Under the pieces are notes generated by a model. That model worked only from the letters and a program-made list of their open reading frames with translations. It was not told where the DNA came from and ran no database searches. Positions 63,666-64,000 of a stretch of DNA of 64,000 nucleotides are shown here, piece after piece (positions within the stretch are counted from its first letter, which is position 1; every line of letters begins with the position of its first letter). A program made the translations under genes and the position numbers. Source of the stretch: Rhizaria sp. SCN 62-66 (Eukaryota); contig MEDY01000089.1 of NCBI GenBank assembly GCA_001724265.1, positions 1 through 64,000 of the forward strand, written 5' to 3'.

Positions 63666-64000
63666 TTAGAGCTCCAACGCGTCCCTCTTGTTGCGCACCC
63701 GCTCTTCCCTCTCCCTACCTTCCTCCCTCCTCTTCTCGCGCCTCTGCGCCTGCTCCACGGTCGCCCTCTCCATATTCCGCACGCCGCCCCGGCCGCGCCC
63801 GTCGTCCAGCTCCGCGTTGCCGTAGGCCGCCGTAGCCGTGGCCGCCAGCACCGGGTCACAGAACAGACAGCCCTGGTAGACCAGCCCGTCCACCCCGCCG
63901 CTACCGGCAGCGGCGCCGCTACTTACACCGGTGTAAGGGGCGGCGGCGCGGGCCAAGGGGTTTTCGCGGTGGCACTCGATGTGGAAGAGCGCAGAGGAGC
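63666..64000 (-). CDS. 3' end of a gene with a PHD/RING-like zinc-binding motif (partial)
   Basis: Open frame from the window edge: SSALFHIECHRENP...VYQGCLFCDPVL...RDALEL, TAA 63668-63666. HxxC...CxxC ligand pattern; GC3-rich codons. Confidence 0.6.
   Translation of the reverse strand, partial: SSALFHIECHRENPLARAAAPYTGVSSGAAAGSGGVDGLVYQGCLFCDPVLAATATAAYGNAELDDGRGRGGVRNMERATVEQAQRREKRREEGREREERVRNKRDALEL

Noticed and set aside
1-64000. tRNA (including a CUA-anticodon tRNA), rRNA, CRISPR or prokaryotic operon structure
   Set aside because: No cloverleaf or T-loop signature, rRNA motif or repeat-spacer array was recognised by eye; spliceosomal introns and eukaryote-type genes show this is nuclear DNA.

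Overview
Gene-dense, GC-rich eukaryotic (protist-like) nuclear DNA with GT-AG introns of 111-264 nt. It holds about 12 protein genes: a partial coiled-coil gene, a small putative mitochondrial membrane protein, a 1823-aa low-complexity protein, an NF-YC-type histone-fold protein, a NIMA-related (NEK) kinase, a ~10,050-aa secreted/multi-pass membrane protein (long repeats, Sushi, EGF-Ca, IPT/TIG, Cys-rich repeats, ~9 TM helices), an ARM-like plus degenerate cyclophilin-like protein, LSm14/Scd6, a probable QCR8, COQ9, RPB6 and a partial zinc-finger gene. Main result: the window appears to use a non-standard nuclear code. Five genes are interrupted by eight isolated in-frame TAG codons (a ninth is possible), with the same frame continuing on both sides. 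Two of these TAGs sit in CAG/CAA polyglutamine runs. All 11 gene ends I can locate are TAA or TGA. This points to UAG=Gln with UAA/UGA kept as stops, in an organism with an aerobic mitochondrion (COQ9, probable QCR8). The giant gene also has a frameshift that coincides with a ~310-330 nt deficit in one of its three internal repeats. Degenerate inverted-repeat elements lie at 1.1-2.6 kb and 4.4-4.6 kb. No rRNA, tRNA or CRISPR array was recognised.
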